Source of the DNA: Desulfatiglandales bacterium
Lineage (GTDB): Bacteria > Desulfobacterota > DSM-4660 > Desulfatiglandales > HGW-15
Assembly (NCBI GenBank): GCA_963667015.2
Contig: CAXXJJ010000001.1
Location: 1,856,001 to 1,920,000 of the forward strand
DNA: 64,000 bases
Direction: 5' to 3'
Shown: one piece after another, positions 10,091 to 20,475 of the stretch
How positions within the stretch are numbered: position 1 is the first letter of the stretch
How the letters are laid out: each line of letters opens with the position of its first letter
The notes under the pieces: model-generated
What the model saw: the letters and a program-made list of their open reading frames with translations, nothing else
Told to the model about the DNA's origin: nothing
Databases searched by the model: none
Made by a program: the position numbers and the translations under genes

Positions 10091-10750
10091 TTAAATAAAA
10101 AGCCTGACAAATCTTCGTTTGCCAATCTTTAATATTCCCGGATTCTGTAATGTAAATTCATGTGTCTTAATTACTTCTCCGTCCAGTGTTACCGCCTTCT
10201 GGCTGATTAATCTTCTTATTTCACTCCGGCTTTTACACATCCCGGTTAATGCAATCAGTTCTACTACGTTGATTCCACTTCCTATGTTATAGGCTGCCAA
10301 GTCCTCAGGTATCCCTTTTTATTGAAAAACATTTATAAAATGCTCTTCTGCTCTTTGTGCAGGTGTTTCATCATGATAGATGCTCACAATTTCTCTGGCT
10401 ACACGCATTTTAAGATTTTTAATATGCATTAAACCTTTACTCACCTCATCGTTATACCTGGTAATCTGTTCAGGCTTCCACCTTGTGATCAGCCTCATGT
10501 AAGCATCTATGGCATCATCAGGAATACTCATCACTTTTCCGTACATATCTTCCGGGGAAGAAAGGAGCGGAATATGGTTTCCGAGAGATTTACTCATCTT
10601 AATTTTTCCATCAGTACCCGGGAGTATATCCAGTATAATTGCGATATTGGGTTTGCAGCCAAGGCATGTCATCAGTTTTCTTGCTGCTGTGACAATATTA
10701 AATAGCTGGTCAGATCCTCCGACCCGTACATCAGCCTTTAATAATTTCAA
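10091..10750 (-). pseudogene. tyrS: Tyrosyl-tRNA synthetase C-terminal relic (5'-truncated, in-frame TAA at 10319-10321)
   Basis: GGSDQLFN, LPGTDG..KMSKSLGN and S4-domain end (SRSEIRRLISQKAV..KIGKRRF); the two ORFs share one frame across a single TAA; no HIGH-motif N-terminus. Confidence 0.85.
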
Positions 10751-10849
10751 AACTCAAAAGAATAATAAATCGCTCCGCTTTACATGTTTTTCTCCTGTGC
10801 CGGTTTTCAACCTTCCCGCAATGGGAAGTTAATCGATACCTGAAAAACC

Positions 10850-10910
10850 TGGATTCCCCGGTTCAGTCTTCGCTAAGGCTACGCCCCGACAAGCAAGCCG
10901 GGGAATGACG
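10850..10910. repeat. GTCATTCC-type REP-like palindrome (related copy at ~27521-27550)
   Basis: ggattccccgg...ccggggaatgac; second copy gtcattccacggcgtgaccgtggaatccag. Confidence 0.55.
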
Positions 10911-11089
10911 GGATGAAGGGGCGCAAAAAGGGTGTTTCTGAATAGAAACCGGTTAGGAGACCGGTATATAGATTCATATGCTTTACACGTGCAGAGAAAA
11001 ACAAGGTTTGTTTATGAGGAATCATATCTTCATTAAAAAAAGTAGAAGTAATTGAAACTATCGGAGAGGAAATAAAGCGAGGACTTTAA

Positions 11090-11380
11090 TCATCCTTTGG
11101 ATTTTTCTTCCTTTTTTATCAACTTGTATGTTTCTTCATAAATGCATGCCCTTGGTCCAAGGGCGACTGATTGTATCTCTTTTTCACCTGCAACCTGGTA
11201 TATGATCCGGAATCTTTTTACCCGAAAACTTCTTAAACCCTTAAGCTCATCCTTTAATGCCTTTCCTGTATAAGGATCATTAATTATTGTTCTAAGCGCG
11301 TGTTTTATTTTCTTTTTAATATCCGGATGAAGCGAACTGATATCATTTGCCAGGTATTCAGGTATCCTGAGTTTATACAT
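11090..11380 (-). CDS. RelE/ParE family toxin
   Basis: GKALKDELKGLRSFRVKRFRIIY RelE signature; downstream of Phd antitoxin. Confidence 0.9.
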   Translation of the reverse strand: MYKLRIPEYLANDISSLHPDIKKKIKHALRTIINDPYTGKALKDELKGLRSFRVKRFRIIYQVAGEKEIQSVALGPRACIYEETYKLIKKEEKSKG

Positions 11381-11391
11381 CAGCTGCACCC

Positions 11392-11655
11392 CTATTCATC
11401 GAATAATTCATCGAGCGTATAGATCTTTGTTTTTTTGTCTTTAAGTGCCTTTAAGCCTTTTTTGATCTCCTTGATAAAATCCGGATCAGAATTGATCAGT
11501 ATTGTTTCTTTCCAGCCTTCATATTCATCAGGGCTTACCATTACAGCAGCAGGTCTTCCATTTTTTGTTATGATTATTTCTTCGTCCAGATTATTAACCC
11601 GGTCAACAAGGCTGCTTAATTTCATTTTTGCCTCTGAAAGTGATAATGTCTCCAT
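11392..11655 (-). CDS. Phd/YefM family antitoxin
   Basis: LSEAKMKLSSLVDRV..IIITKNGRPAAV; GGAGG RBS; TTGACT(11721)-N17-TATAAT promoter. Confidence 0.9.
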   Translation of the reverse strand: METLSLSEAKMKLSSLVDRVNNLDEEIIITKNGRPAAVMVSPDEYEGWKETILINSDPDFIKEIKKGLKALKDKKTKIYTLDELFDE

Positions 11656-11904
11656 ATTTTGACCTCCATTATAGTAGACTAAAATACTAGTCATTATATC
11701 CGGCTCACAAAAGTGAGTCAATTATTTATTTGATAGCACGAGCTGAAAGAAAATCGGTCAAATATCCAGGGGCTGTAGATATTAATTATAATGATTATAA
11801 ATGCCCTCAAATAATCTTGAAAAGATAATTTGCCCTTGACTTACGCCTGGTAAAGAAGGAAAATTGTCTAAAAAAACCAACATTAAAATAGATATGAGTG
11901 TATA

Positions 11905-12252
11905 GTGATGGAAAAAATAAACACAAGCTGGGCGGCAATGAGTGACAGGGCTATAATTTCTGCTATTGGCAGCTATATTAAAGAAAAACGATTATCGATC
12001 AATATGACACAGACCCGGGTTTCTGAAAAAGCCGGTATAAACAGGTCCACCCTGGTCAAGATCGAAAATGGCGAGTCAATTACCCTGATATCACTGATAC
12101 AGATATTGCGGGCATTGGATTTGCTGGATATTTTTCAGGTTTTTAAAATAGAAAAAATAGTAAGTCCGATAGAACTGGCGAAAATAGAAAAAAAGAAACG
12201 ACAGAGGGCAAGGGGAAACATGGAAAATAAAATGCCCGAAAGTGACTGGTAA
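11905..12252 (+). CDS. XRE-family HTH protein (HipB-like antitoxin)
   Basis: MTQTRVSEKAGINRSTLVKIENG HTH; stop overlaps the HipA start. Confidence 0.85.
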   Translation: MMEKINTSWAAMSDRAIISAIGSYIKEKRLSINMTQTRVSEKAGINRSTLVKIENGESITLISLIQILRALDLLDIFQVFKIEKIVSPIELAKIEKKKRQRARGNMENKMPESDW

Positions 12253-13541
12253 TGCAATTAACAGCAAATATTTTTATATGGGGTGAATTTGTCGGGGCAG
12301 CAGCCTGGGATGAGAGTGCGCAGGCTGCCAGTTTTGAGTACGATCCTGGTTTTGTCTCCAGAAAATGGGATTTATCACCTGTTAAAATGCCCCTGGATCA
12401 CTCCAGAAGGATTTTTTCATTTCCTGAATTAAGAAGACTGGAAGCTTTTAAAGGATTACCCGGATTGCTTGCTGATGTTTTACCGGACAGGTACGGCAAC
12501 AGGTTGATAAATGCCTGGCTGGCTCAACATGGGAGACCTGAAAACAGCTTTAATCCGGTTGAACTGCTTCGCTTTATCGGAACACGAGGTATGGGAGCGC
12601 TTGAGTTTGAGCCTGTTTTGTTTAAGTCAGATAAGAGAGCATTTAATGTTGAGCTGGACAGTCTCGTCGAAATAACTCAAAAGATGCTGAATATCAGAGA
12701 GGGGTTTGAAGCAGATCTGCTGGAAAATGAAGAGGCTGCCATGAGAGAAATATTACGCATCGGTACCTCGGCAGGCGGTGCAAGGCCTAAGGCAATTATT
12801 GCCTATAATGAAAAAACAGGACAGGTAAAATCCGGACAGACCAAAGCTCCCAAAGGTTTTACACATTGGTTAATTAAACTGGATGGCGTAAGTGATGATC
12901 AATTCGGTAAAACACTCGGGTATGGCCGGGTGGAAATGGCTTATTATAATATGGCGGTTGCCTGCGGAATTGAAATGATGGAAAGCCGACTGCATGAGGA
13001 GAATGGCCGCGCCCATTTTATGACAAGAAGGTTTGATCGTGAAGGCGACCGGAAGCATCATATTCAAACCCTGTGTGCACTGCAGCATTATGACTATAAT
13101 GATATTTTCAGTTACAGCTATGAACAGCTTTTTCAGACCATGCGAATACTAAGGCTTCCCTATCCACAGGCAGAGCAGCTGTATCGTCGCATGGTATTCA
13201 ATGTGCTGGCCAGAAATTGTGATGACCACACAAAAAATTTTGCTTTCCGCCTTAAAAAAGATCAGGAATGGGAGCTTGCTCCGGCTTATGATGTTTGTCA
13301 TGCCTATAGGCCTGGCAGTGAATGGGTGAGTCAACATTCCTTAAGTATTAATGGAAAAAGAACCGGTATTAAAAGGGATGACTTATTGAGTGTTGCAAAA
13401 GCCATGAATATAAAAAAAGCTGACAGTATAGTTAAGGAAATTGATATCACTGTTTCAAGGTGGCCTGAATTTGCCGATGAATTAAATGTGAGTTCCAAAT
13501 TAAGAGATAACATTAGTGAAACACTTATTTCTTATATTTAG
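12252..13541 (+). CDS. hipA: HipA family Ser/Thr kinase toxin
   Basis: LPDRYGN, GTSAGGARPK P-loop, NCDDHTKNF catalytic motif, LAPAYD. Confidence 0.93.
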   Translation: MQLTANIFIWGEFVGAAAWDESAQAASFEYDPGFVSRKWDLSPVKMPLDHSRRIFSFPELRRLEAFKGLPGLLADVLPDRYGNRLINAWLAQHGRPENSFNPVELLRFIGTRGMGALEFEPVLFKSDKRAFNVELDSLVEITQKMLNIREGFEADLLENEEAAMREILRIGTSAGGARPKAIIAYNEKTGQVKSGQTKAPKGFTHWLIKLDGVSDDQFGKTLGYGRVEMAYYNMAVACGIEMMESRLHEENGRAHFMTRRFDREGDRKHHIQTLCALQHYDYNDIFSYSYEQLFQTMRILRLPYPQAEQLYRRMVFNVLARNCDDHTKNFAFRLKKDQEWELAPAYDVCHAYRPGSEWVSQHSLSINGKRTGIKRDDLLSVAKAMNIKKADSIVKEIDITVSRWPEFADELNVSSKLRDNISETLISYI

Positions 13542-13748
13542 ACGGGGCAGGTTCTTATTGTGAATAGCTGGACAATGCTTTAATTATTACCGAACCAACA
13601 GCAATCATAACTGGACACAACTTGAACGGGTAAGGTAAATCCTTGAAAGGTGTACCAGGCTGATGAGCTGCCTGTTGAGGTTTGAGATGCCGCAGGCATA
13701 TTTCTCGTGAAAAGTGGGCGTTAACTTTGCTTATACTTTTTTACCAGC

Positions 13749-14423
13749 CTATACCAGCATCAGTGATTCAATATCCGCCAGTGAAAGCTCTTTGAGAGTG
13801 GCCACACTCCTGTCGGCTTCACTGAGATGATCGTGGGTGGAGAGCACTCCGACACCACCCATTCCTGCTCTGCGGGCAGCCTCAAGGCCTGCCGGGGCAT
13901 CCTCCAGCACCATACAGCGTGCGGGAGAAACGCCGAGTTTTTGAGCGGCGGTGATACATCCCTCAGGATGAGGTTTCCCATGGCTGACATCTTCGGCACA
14001 TACCATAACCGCGAATGTATCAGGGCGGCCCAGCACTTCCAGGATGGTGGATATGTTTTTACGTGGTGCAGATGAGACTATTGCCTGGGGCCAGCCCTTA
14101 GCTTTAGCCTGATCTATGAGCTGCCCCGCACCGGGCAGAAGCTGAACCCCGTTTTCTTTTAACACATCCCTGAACACCTGCTCCTTGGCATCGCCGATCC
14201 TTACTACATCAGCATCAGGCAGGCCTGCGCCTAACAGGCTGCGTAATATGGAGTCATTCCGCTGGCCGAAGGTTTTGAGAAAGGTTTCCCAATCCAGATC
14301 ATAATTTTCAGCGGCCAGGATTTCTTTCCAGGCCAGCCAGTGTGCCTCGCGGGTATCGACCATGGTTCCGTCCATATCCCATATCAGGGCAAAGGTATTT
14401 TTTGTTTTCATATTTGTTTCCAT
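13749..14423 (-). CDS. HAD family phosphatase (beta-phosphoglucomutase-like)
   Basis: WDMDGT motif I, GKPHPE, LEDAPAG. Confidence 0.88.
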   Translation of the reverse strand: METNMKTKNTFALIWDMDGTMVDTREAHWLAWKEILAAENYDLDWETFLKTFGQRNDSILRSLLGAGLPDADVVRIGDAKEQVFRDVLKENGVQLLPGAGQLIDQAKAKGWPQAIVSSAPRKNISTILEVLGRPDTFAVMVCAEDVSHGKPHPEGCITAAQKLGVSPARCMVLEDAPAGLEAARRAGMGGVGVLSTHDHLSEADRSVATLKELSLADIESLMLV

Positions 14424-14447
14424 TCGAATATTTTTTTTAGTTTATTA

Positions 14448-16117
14448 CCTGAATTTTGCACGAAAACGCATTTTCTATAGTTTATTATTCAATTTTTATA
14501 AAGCTTATTTCTCCGTGCAAGAAATTTTGTGCACGAAGTACAACCAACTCAAATTACAGCTAAATTATTGCCGCACCAAGGTTTAGGCACTGCTCTCTTC
14601 ATATCCAAATATTCCATGAACGACAGTAAGGCAGGTGTTCGGCTATCATGGATAGAGTACCTGACTTTATTCCGGTTTGATGCCATGACAACCTTTGCGG
14701 CAATCATCAGCAAACGCAACCTTGCTATACGAACAGTATTTGTTTTTATCCCTTTAAGTGAAGCAGCCTGCGGTGCTGCCTCATCAGGTTGTTTGTCTTT
14801 GCAACTATTCTCAGCCATTATTTTCAAGTAGCGCCAGATATTATAGGCCAGCATTACAACTTGAAAATAAGCATAGTTATTTTTGAAACGTGATGAAGGA
14901 ATGGCGTCAAGCCCTTCACGTTTTGATTCACCCACCAGGTTTTCAACATCTGCACGTTTATCATACAGGGCAATGACCTTATGAGCTTTTTGCCTGAGAT
15001 CAGTGCTGAATATACGATAAGTATATTTATCTTCTTCAAACAGTTCGTACTGAGTATTTTGATCTTTGATATTTTCTTTGGGCATTCTCATTGCAACAAA
15101 CCTGACAGGTTCCTCCCACCCCTGAGGCTGGTATACGCAACTGTTGTACTCACACGCCTGTTTTTTGTTAGGCTGATACCAAAGTCGGGGATCAAATGGA
15201 GGATTGCATCCTTTGTTAGCAAAAATAAAATTATAGCCTTCTTCTATGCATTCATGAACACTTTCTGCACTTTGGAATTCCCCATCCCCACGTACCAAAA
15301 CCTGTTCAACGCAGCCAGGCAGCTGGCTTTTTATTTGGGAAATAAATTCCGCAGTTTCGATGCCTCCCATGGTTTCACCTCTACGAAGTTTGCCGATCAG
15401 ATATTCCCTGCTTTCCTCAATAAAACACAGGACTGGTCGATAGCCTTTCTTTCCGCGGTTTTTAGTGTTGTGGCCTTTCCGAGCCCCCTGTTGATCTCCA
15501 AAAACTGTCTCGACTGTTGTGTCTATATCTAAGCAAACTTTGCGATAAGAAATATTGTTAAGGCTCCAGACACGCTCTCTAAGGACTGCCATTACATTCA
15601 GTAAGGATTTCCCCTGATTGAGACCCATACTATTAACGTATCGCCAAAAAGTACTGGCAACAGGCAAGCTGGTAACCCTAAAAAATCCGCAAAGCATCGA
15701 ATCAAAACGTAAATATGAAAAATGCCATACCCTGTTGAAGCCTATAAATAGTAGCGTCAGCAGACCGACTACCATAGAATAGTGTCCCAGCTTGGGTTTC
15801 CGGCTAGGGGCTTTATATACAGATTCAAATATTTCCCGAAAATCAATCAGGTCTATAAATTTTATAATGGCCAAAAGCCCGCCAAATGGGCTTAGCTGTT
15901 CACTGCATGTGTCATATGCTGTAGATGCATTGATATTTCTGGCATTTGAGTGATCTGTCTGGGTTCCTTTATTGTTGTACTTCTTAGTGAATTTTGATTT
16001 ATTAGCTTTTACCATCTGGGTATCTCCTGTATTTATGGTTGTCTTTGTCAACTCCCATAATAACAGCGGTTCCCAGATGGTTTCTATGTTTTTTTATTTT
16101 TTAATGCAAAATTCAGG
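14448..16117 (-). mobile_element. IS1380-family insertion sequence (1670 bp)
   Basis: Terminal IRs cctgaattttgca (14448) / tgcaaaattcagg (to 16117) flanked by a 5-bp TATTA duplication (14443-14447, 16118-16122). Confidence 0.92.
14549..16015 (-). CDS. IS1380 family DDE transposase
   Basis: LDIDTTV, GYRP, VRGDGEF, YDKRADVENLVGESK, LAYN motifs; AGGAG RBS before ATG 16015. Confidence 0.92.
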   Translation of the reverse strand: MVKANKSKFTKKYNNKGTQTDHSNARNINASTAYDTCSEQLSPFGGLLAIIKFIDLIDFREIFESVYKAPSRKPKLGHYSMVVGLLTLLFIGFNRVWHFSYLRFDSMLCGFFRVTSLPVASTFWRYVNSMGLNQGKSLLNVMAVLRERVWSLNNISYRKVCLDIDTTVETVFGDQQGARKGHNTKNRGKKGYRPVLCFIEESREYLIGKLRRGETMGGIETAEFISQIKSQLPGCVEQVLVRGDGEFQSAESVHECIEEGYNFIFANKGCNPPFDPRLWYQPNKKQACEYNSCVYQPQGWEEPVRFVAMRMPKENIKDQNTQYELFEEDKYTYRIFSTDLRQKAHKVIALYDKRADVENLVGESKREGLDAIPSSRFKNNYAYFQVVMLAYNIWRYLKIMAENSCKDKQPDEAAPQAASLKGIKTNTVRIARLRLLMIAAKVVMASNRNKVRYSIHDSRTPALLSFMEYLDMKRAVPKPWCGNNLAVI

Positions 16118-16273
16118 TATTAAACGACGCATACTACCAGCAAGGTATTCCCCGGTCAATATTCTCCGGATCAAATGAAAAATAAGTTGAAAACGACAAT
16201 GTCGCGTCCCGGTTAACCAAAAACAAGGCAGGTTTAACACTTACAATTGAAAACAGGAGGATTGTTCTCGATC

Positions 16274-16510
16274 ATGGAAGTATTAACAAATGATTTATTC
16301 AAGAAAGCACTTGGGCTGAATGAAAAAGATCGTGCTGCTTTGGCTGGACTATTAATCGAAAGCCTTGACGACACACCTATTGAAGAGATCGAATCTGTCC
16401 GGAAAGCTGAAGTAGCAAAGCGGGTAAAAGAATTGGACTCCGGAGAGGTAACAGCTATTCTTTACTGTCTTCGAGGTATCGTGCCTTTTCATTTAAAGTT
16501 TTTGCTATGA
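16274..16510 (+). pseudogene. Putative addiction-module antitoxin component, C-terminus apparently disrupted, no partner toxin
   Basis: ALGLNEKDRAALAGLLIESLD...EVAKRVKELDSGEV matches that family; sequence diverges after VTAI. Confidence 0.6.
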
Positions 16511-16575
16511 TCTCAGATTACCGACATCCGACCTCTATCTTTTCCCCTTGCTTTTTCAATCCATTAGTCTTAAAT

Positions 16576-16722
16576 TTTTTACCCAGTTAAATCCTTGAGG
16601 ATCTCAAGGAAAGATTTAGAAGATCAAATCTTATTTAACAGGGCTCAAACGGGAATTCATTTGTTTTTGAATTATAATGTTGATCTACTGGCAAGAGTCA
16701 AGAGCGGACTTGACCTCTTAAA
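16576..16722 (+). repeat. Dispersed repeat with cc(c/a)gttaaat...atttaacaggg palindrome; second copy ~27246-27424
   Basis: Shared tail catttgtttttgaattat(a/g)atgttgat(c/t)tactggcaagagtcaagag(c/t)ggacttgacc in both copies. Confidence 0.75.
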
Positions 16723-16739
16723 TTTAGGGAGGTGTATCA

Positions 16740-17213
16740 ATGGTCTTAAAAAGGCTGGAAATAGGATATGATTTTATTGAAGCATTCGGTCGGGATCTCT
16801 TTTATGACGACTTAAATGTGCAATCGAGTTTTCTGGATACTGAGACAGGTGAAATGATATGGATATATGAAGATGGTGAAGATGTCGAGCTTACATATGG
16901 AATTACAGAAGAGGAAAACACTGCAAATCGAAAACGTGTTGAAGATAATCCGGAACGATATCTTGAAGTCAAGGGATTAGAACATGGAGAACACCACGGC
17001 ATTCTATTGGAATTTCTCGATTCTTACTGGACTGAGGACGAAGAGCTCAGGCGTAAAGCTAATGAAGCGTATTCAGGTTCAATTGGAAGATGGAAAGAAG
17101 CAGTCGATAACGATGATGCTGTACGTTCATACTATGATTACCGTGATCATGAAATTGAGTCAATGGCTGTAGAATTTTTTCGTAAAAACGGAATAGAGCC
17201 TGTATGGAAATAA
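16740..17213 (+). CDS. UPF0158-like acidic protein
   Basis: FLDTETGEMIW..NPERYLEV..EF..NGIEP pattern; GGAGG RBS. Confidence 0.6.
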   Translation: MVLKRLEIGYDFIEAFGRDLFYDDLNVQSSFLDTETGEMIWIYEDGEDVELTYGITEEENTANRKRVEDNPERYLEVKGLEHGEHHGILLEFLDSYWTEDEELRRKANEAYSGSIGRWKEAVDNDDAVRSYYDYRDHEIESMAVEFFRKNGIEPVWK

Positions 17214-17575
17214 ATTGGCTATAGGTGGGGCAGACCCCGGTTTTTCACAGTCATGTCTATTTCCTTTTGAATCTATTTGATAAGGGGCTGACGCCATTAA
17301 TTTTGCAAGTGGGGGTTGGGCCTGACTAATACAGTTAATTTATCATCAGCTGCATAAATATCCGTTACCTCGAACTTTATAGTTAATAAATTACCTGAAT
17401 AATCTGTCTCTACCGGATTTATCTCCTTAAGATCAATCGGGTATTCAACATTAATTAAAACTCCAAACAATGCATTTATAAGGATTTCTTTATAGCTCGT
17501 ATTTTGGGTCACATCCTGGGTTTTAAGGTGCGGAGTGATGTAAAAAATCTTTTTTTCAGCATCAAATCGAAAATA

Positions 17576-18692
17576 TTAACCCGGCAACAAAATACTTAAC
17601 AAATGGATCGTATTTTGTTATAACACGATCATGGAAAAAATAGACGCAAGGAAACTCAGCACTGATGCCCAACAACAAATTCGTAATCAAGTCATTCGAC
17701 TCCGAAAACAGGGACGAACGCATAATGAGATCAGTGCCATTACAGGAGTGAGCCGATCCATTTGCAGTACATGGTGGGCTCTTTATCAAAAAGAAGGTAA
17801 TAAAGCCCTTAAAATTAAAAAGCGTGGCCGTCCAAAGGGCAGTTGCCGCACGTTGACACCTGATCAGGAAAAAGAATTGCAAAAAGCTATACAAGACAAA
17901 TGCCCTGACCAAATGAAATTACCATTTGCTTTGTGGACACGCATTGCCGTACAGCAACTCATCAAACAATTGTGGAATATAGATATGCCGATCAGAACTG
18001 TTGGCGAGTATCTGAACAGATGGAATTTTACTCCACAAAAACCACTGAAGAAAGCCTATAAACAAAATCCAAAAGCAGTCAAAGCTTGGTTGGAGACAGA
18101 ATACTCGGATATTTCCAAACGTGCAAAAAAAGAGACCGCGGAAATTCATTGGGGGGATGAGACTGGATTGTGTAACGACAGTTACCATGGAAGAAGTTAC
18201 GCTCCTCGTGGTGAAACACCGGCGATTAGGCTTCATCCCAGGTGCCAGCGCGTCAACCTGATTTCCTCTGTCACCAATCAAGGTAAAGTTCGTTTTATGG
18301 TTTATAAAAACAAGATGAATTCCCAAACGATGATCAAATTCATGGAACGATTGATCAAAGATGCTGATAAAAAAATCTTTTTGATTGTAGATAATTTGAA
18401 AGTCCATCATAGCTATATTGTCAAAGACTGGCTGAAAGAACATGAAGACAAAATTGAGTTGTTCTTTCTTCCATCATATTCACCGGAATTAAATCCTGAT
18501 GAATACCTAAACTGCGACCTAAAGGTCGGTGTACATTCTGGTATTCCAGCCAGAACAAAAAAAGAACTCAAGCAAAAAGCTATTTCTCATTTGAGAAAGC
18601 TTCAAAAACTACCTGGACGTGTTAAAAAATATTTTAAACACCCTAAGATTGCTTATGCTGCTTGATAGTCTCCTATTTAATTGCCGGGTTAA
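17576..18692 (+). mobile_element. IS630-family insertion sequence
   Basis: IRs ttaacccggcaa / ttgccgggttaa flanked by TA dinucleotides (17574-75, 18693-94). Confidence 0.92.
17631..18665 (+). CDS. IS630 family transposase
   Basis: N-terminal HTH, WGDETG, IVDNLKVH, LPSYSPELNPDE DDE motifs. Confidence 0.95.
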   Translation: MEKIDARKLSTDAQQQIRNQVIRLRKQGRTHNEISAITGVSRSICSTWWALYQKEGNKALKIKKRGRPKGSCRTLTPDQEKELQKAIQDKCPDQMKLPFALWTRIAVQQLIKQLWNIDMPIRTVGEYLNRWNFTPQKPLKKAYKQNPKAVKAWLETEYSDISKRAKKETAEIHWGDETGLCNDSYHGRSYAPRGETPAIRLHPRCQRVNLISSVTNQGKVRFMVYKNKMNSQTMIKFMERLIKDADKKIFLIVDNLKVHHSYIVKDWLKEHEDKIELFFLPSYSPELNPDEYLNCDLKVGVHSGIPARTKKELKQKAISHLRKLQKLPGRVKKYFKHPKIAYAA

Positions 18693-19271
18693 TATATATC
18701 CCAGTCATTAAGCATATCAATGTTTCCAAGCTTTATTTTTGATACGTAATTGCCAATTTCCAGATTATATATGACGTCTTTTCCATAAATATTTGAAGAC
18801 AGTGAGATTTTATCTTTTTCAATTTTGACGTTTTTTATAGATCTAATCCATATAGGTCCTGAAAAGTTATTGACATCTTTTATCTCATAGGGGAGCAGTC
18901 TGGTCACAAATTTTGCAAGGCTCTGCGCTGAGAGCACAATAGCAATATTTTCATCATCATTTTTTTGTCCGAAAGTGTTTAAACTGAACAAAAAAATGAA
19001 AACCAGGCATAGCAGGATCCTGTATCTTCTTTTCATATCTCTACCAATCCGAATCACCCACAACCATGATTCCTTGAAAATAATTACAGTTTGAACATCA
19101 TTGTTCTTACATATTTATTATTACACTGTACAATATTATAAAACAATGAAGAAGGAGCCACCACCGATTCAATATTGTAATTGAGACAATGGCAACGACT
19201 AAGATAAGTAAGGAAGAATGGGTGTCAGGTCTTCACATTTCACAGCCAGTGAAGACCTGACATCGTTGCTG

Positions 19272-20038
19272 TTACCCAATAAGTTCTCTCAATAAATTCA
19301 TATATGTATCTACAGACGCAAGAGATACTGATTCCTTCATGGTGTGGTATCCAGTGGTAGGTATCTGTATTGTGGTGCCGCCGACCAGCCCGTTTGAAGC
19401 CGCAATGATTCTTCCCAATTCCGTGCTGCCCAAAGATTTAGGAGCCTTACCCGATTTTATTAATTTATCATTTGCCTGTTCAATGTAATTGTCTTTATAC
19501 AGATAACTATAGCCTTTTTCCCGGCATAAATTTTCAATACGCTGGGTGCTTTCAATATTGAAAGGAGCGTGTGCATCCTTTTTTCTGAGTATAAGTAATT
19601 GTGCATTCGCAGCCTCAACATCAGAAAATGGACTGGTATCGAGTACAAACAACCGGTTAGTAGAACCACCAAATCTACGAAACCATTCAAGTAAATAACG
19701 CCAGCTTTTACCCGCTTCCTCCTGTGCAGTAAAAAATGCGGTACCTTTAAAACCAAGGCTGAATAAATGCACCAGTACAGCAGCAGATATGACATTATCC
19801 AACTGCCCCTCAAGCCTTTCATTGACAATATTTAACTTGTCCTTGAACGCTACAGGTGTACCGGCAACAATATATTCAAGTCCTTCAACTTCAAAAATCA
19901 GGTTGTTGCGGTAGTCACATACATATGATCGTTTGATTACACCACTGCCTCTATACACGCCAGACCATGGCTCATAAGCGTATACCTGCTCGCCTGCCGC
20001 AGTATTATTTTTAGTAAATCCAGAAATTCTTCATTCAT
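19272..20038 (-). pseudogene. M42-like metallopeptidase with internal deletion/frameshift
   Basis: GQLDN, FTAQEEAG, LDTS, GYHT motifs; short out-of-frame N-terminus MNEEFLDLLKIILRQ from ATG 20038. Confidence 0.7.
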
Positions 20039-20475
20039 TATCTACTCTCTCACAAAGTTTGGTTTAGTTCCCAACCCTGGCGATAACCAGTCAGGTATGT
20101 GTTTCTGCCGGGCATGGGGCGGTTACTGATTGGTAATGAGGTTTACTTTCACACAAATTCTTTGCAAAGTCCATATCCCTGCTCTCGGGGGAAACTTAAA
20201 ACTGTAAATGTGTCATAAACTTTAGCATTAAACTTTTTACCAAAAGAAGGGCCACCAGGCCTCGCTAATGGGATTTCGCACTATGGAAGACCCCATAGAC
20301 TACTTCTCCTGGATTATTGTTCCATTAAAATTAAAAATAATATTGAGTATTTTTTAATGGGGGGTTATTTTTCCCCTTGACGTCCCCTTTAATGGATGAC
20401 CCCTTTATTAAAACATTTTAAAAGAAACGAAAGTCTGAAGATGGATAACCGGACTGTTTATAAATGAGGATTTAA

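Larger units (their letters stand above)
17297..19036 (-). pseudogene. Exported hypothetical protein interrupted by IS630
   Basis: Removing the IS and one TA restores the frame ...NDWDIY-FRFDAEKKIFYITPHLKTQDVTQNTSY...; N-terminal signal peptide. Confidence 0.85.

Noticed and set aside
10319..10321. Programmed read-through or recoding in tyrS
   Set aside because: The stop is TAA (not Sec/Pyl) and the catalytic N-terminal half is missing, so simple decay is more likely.
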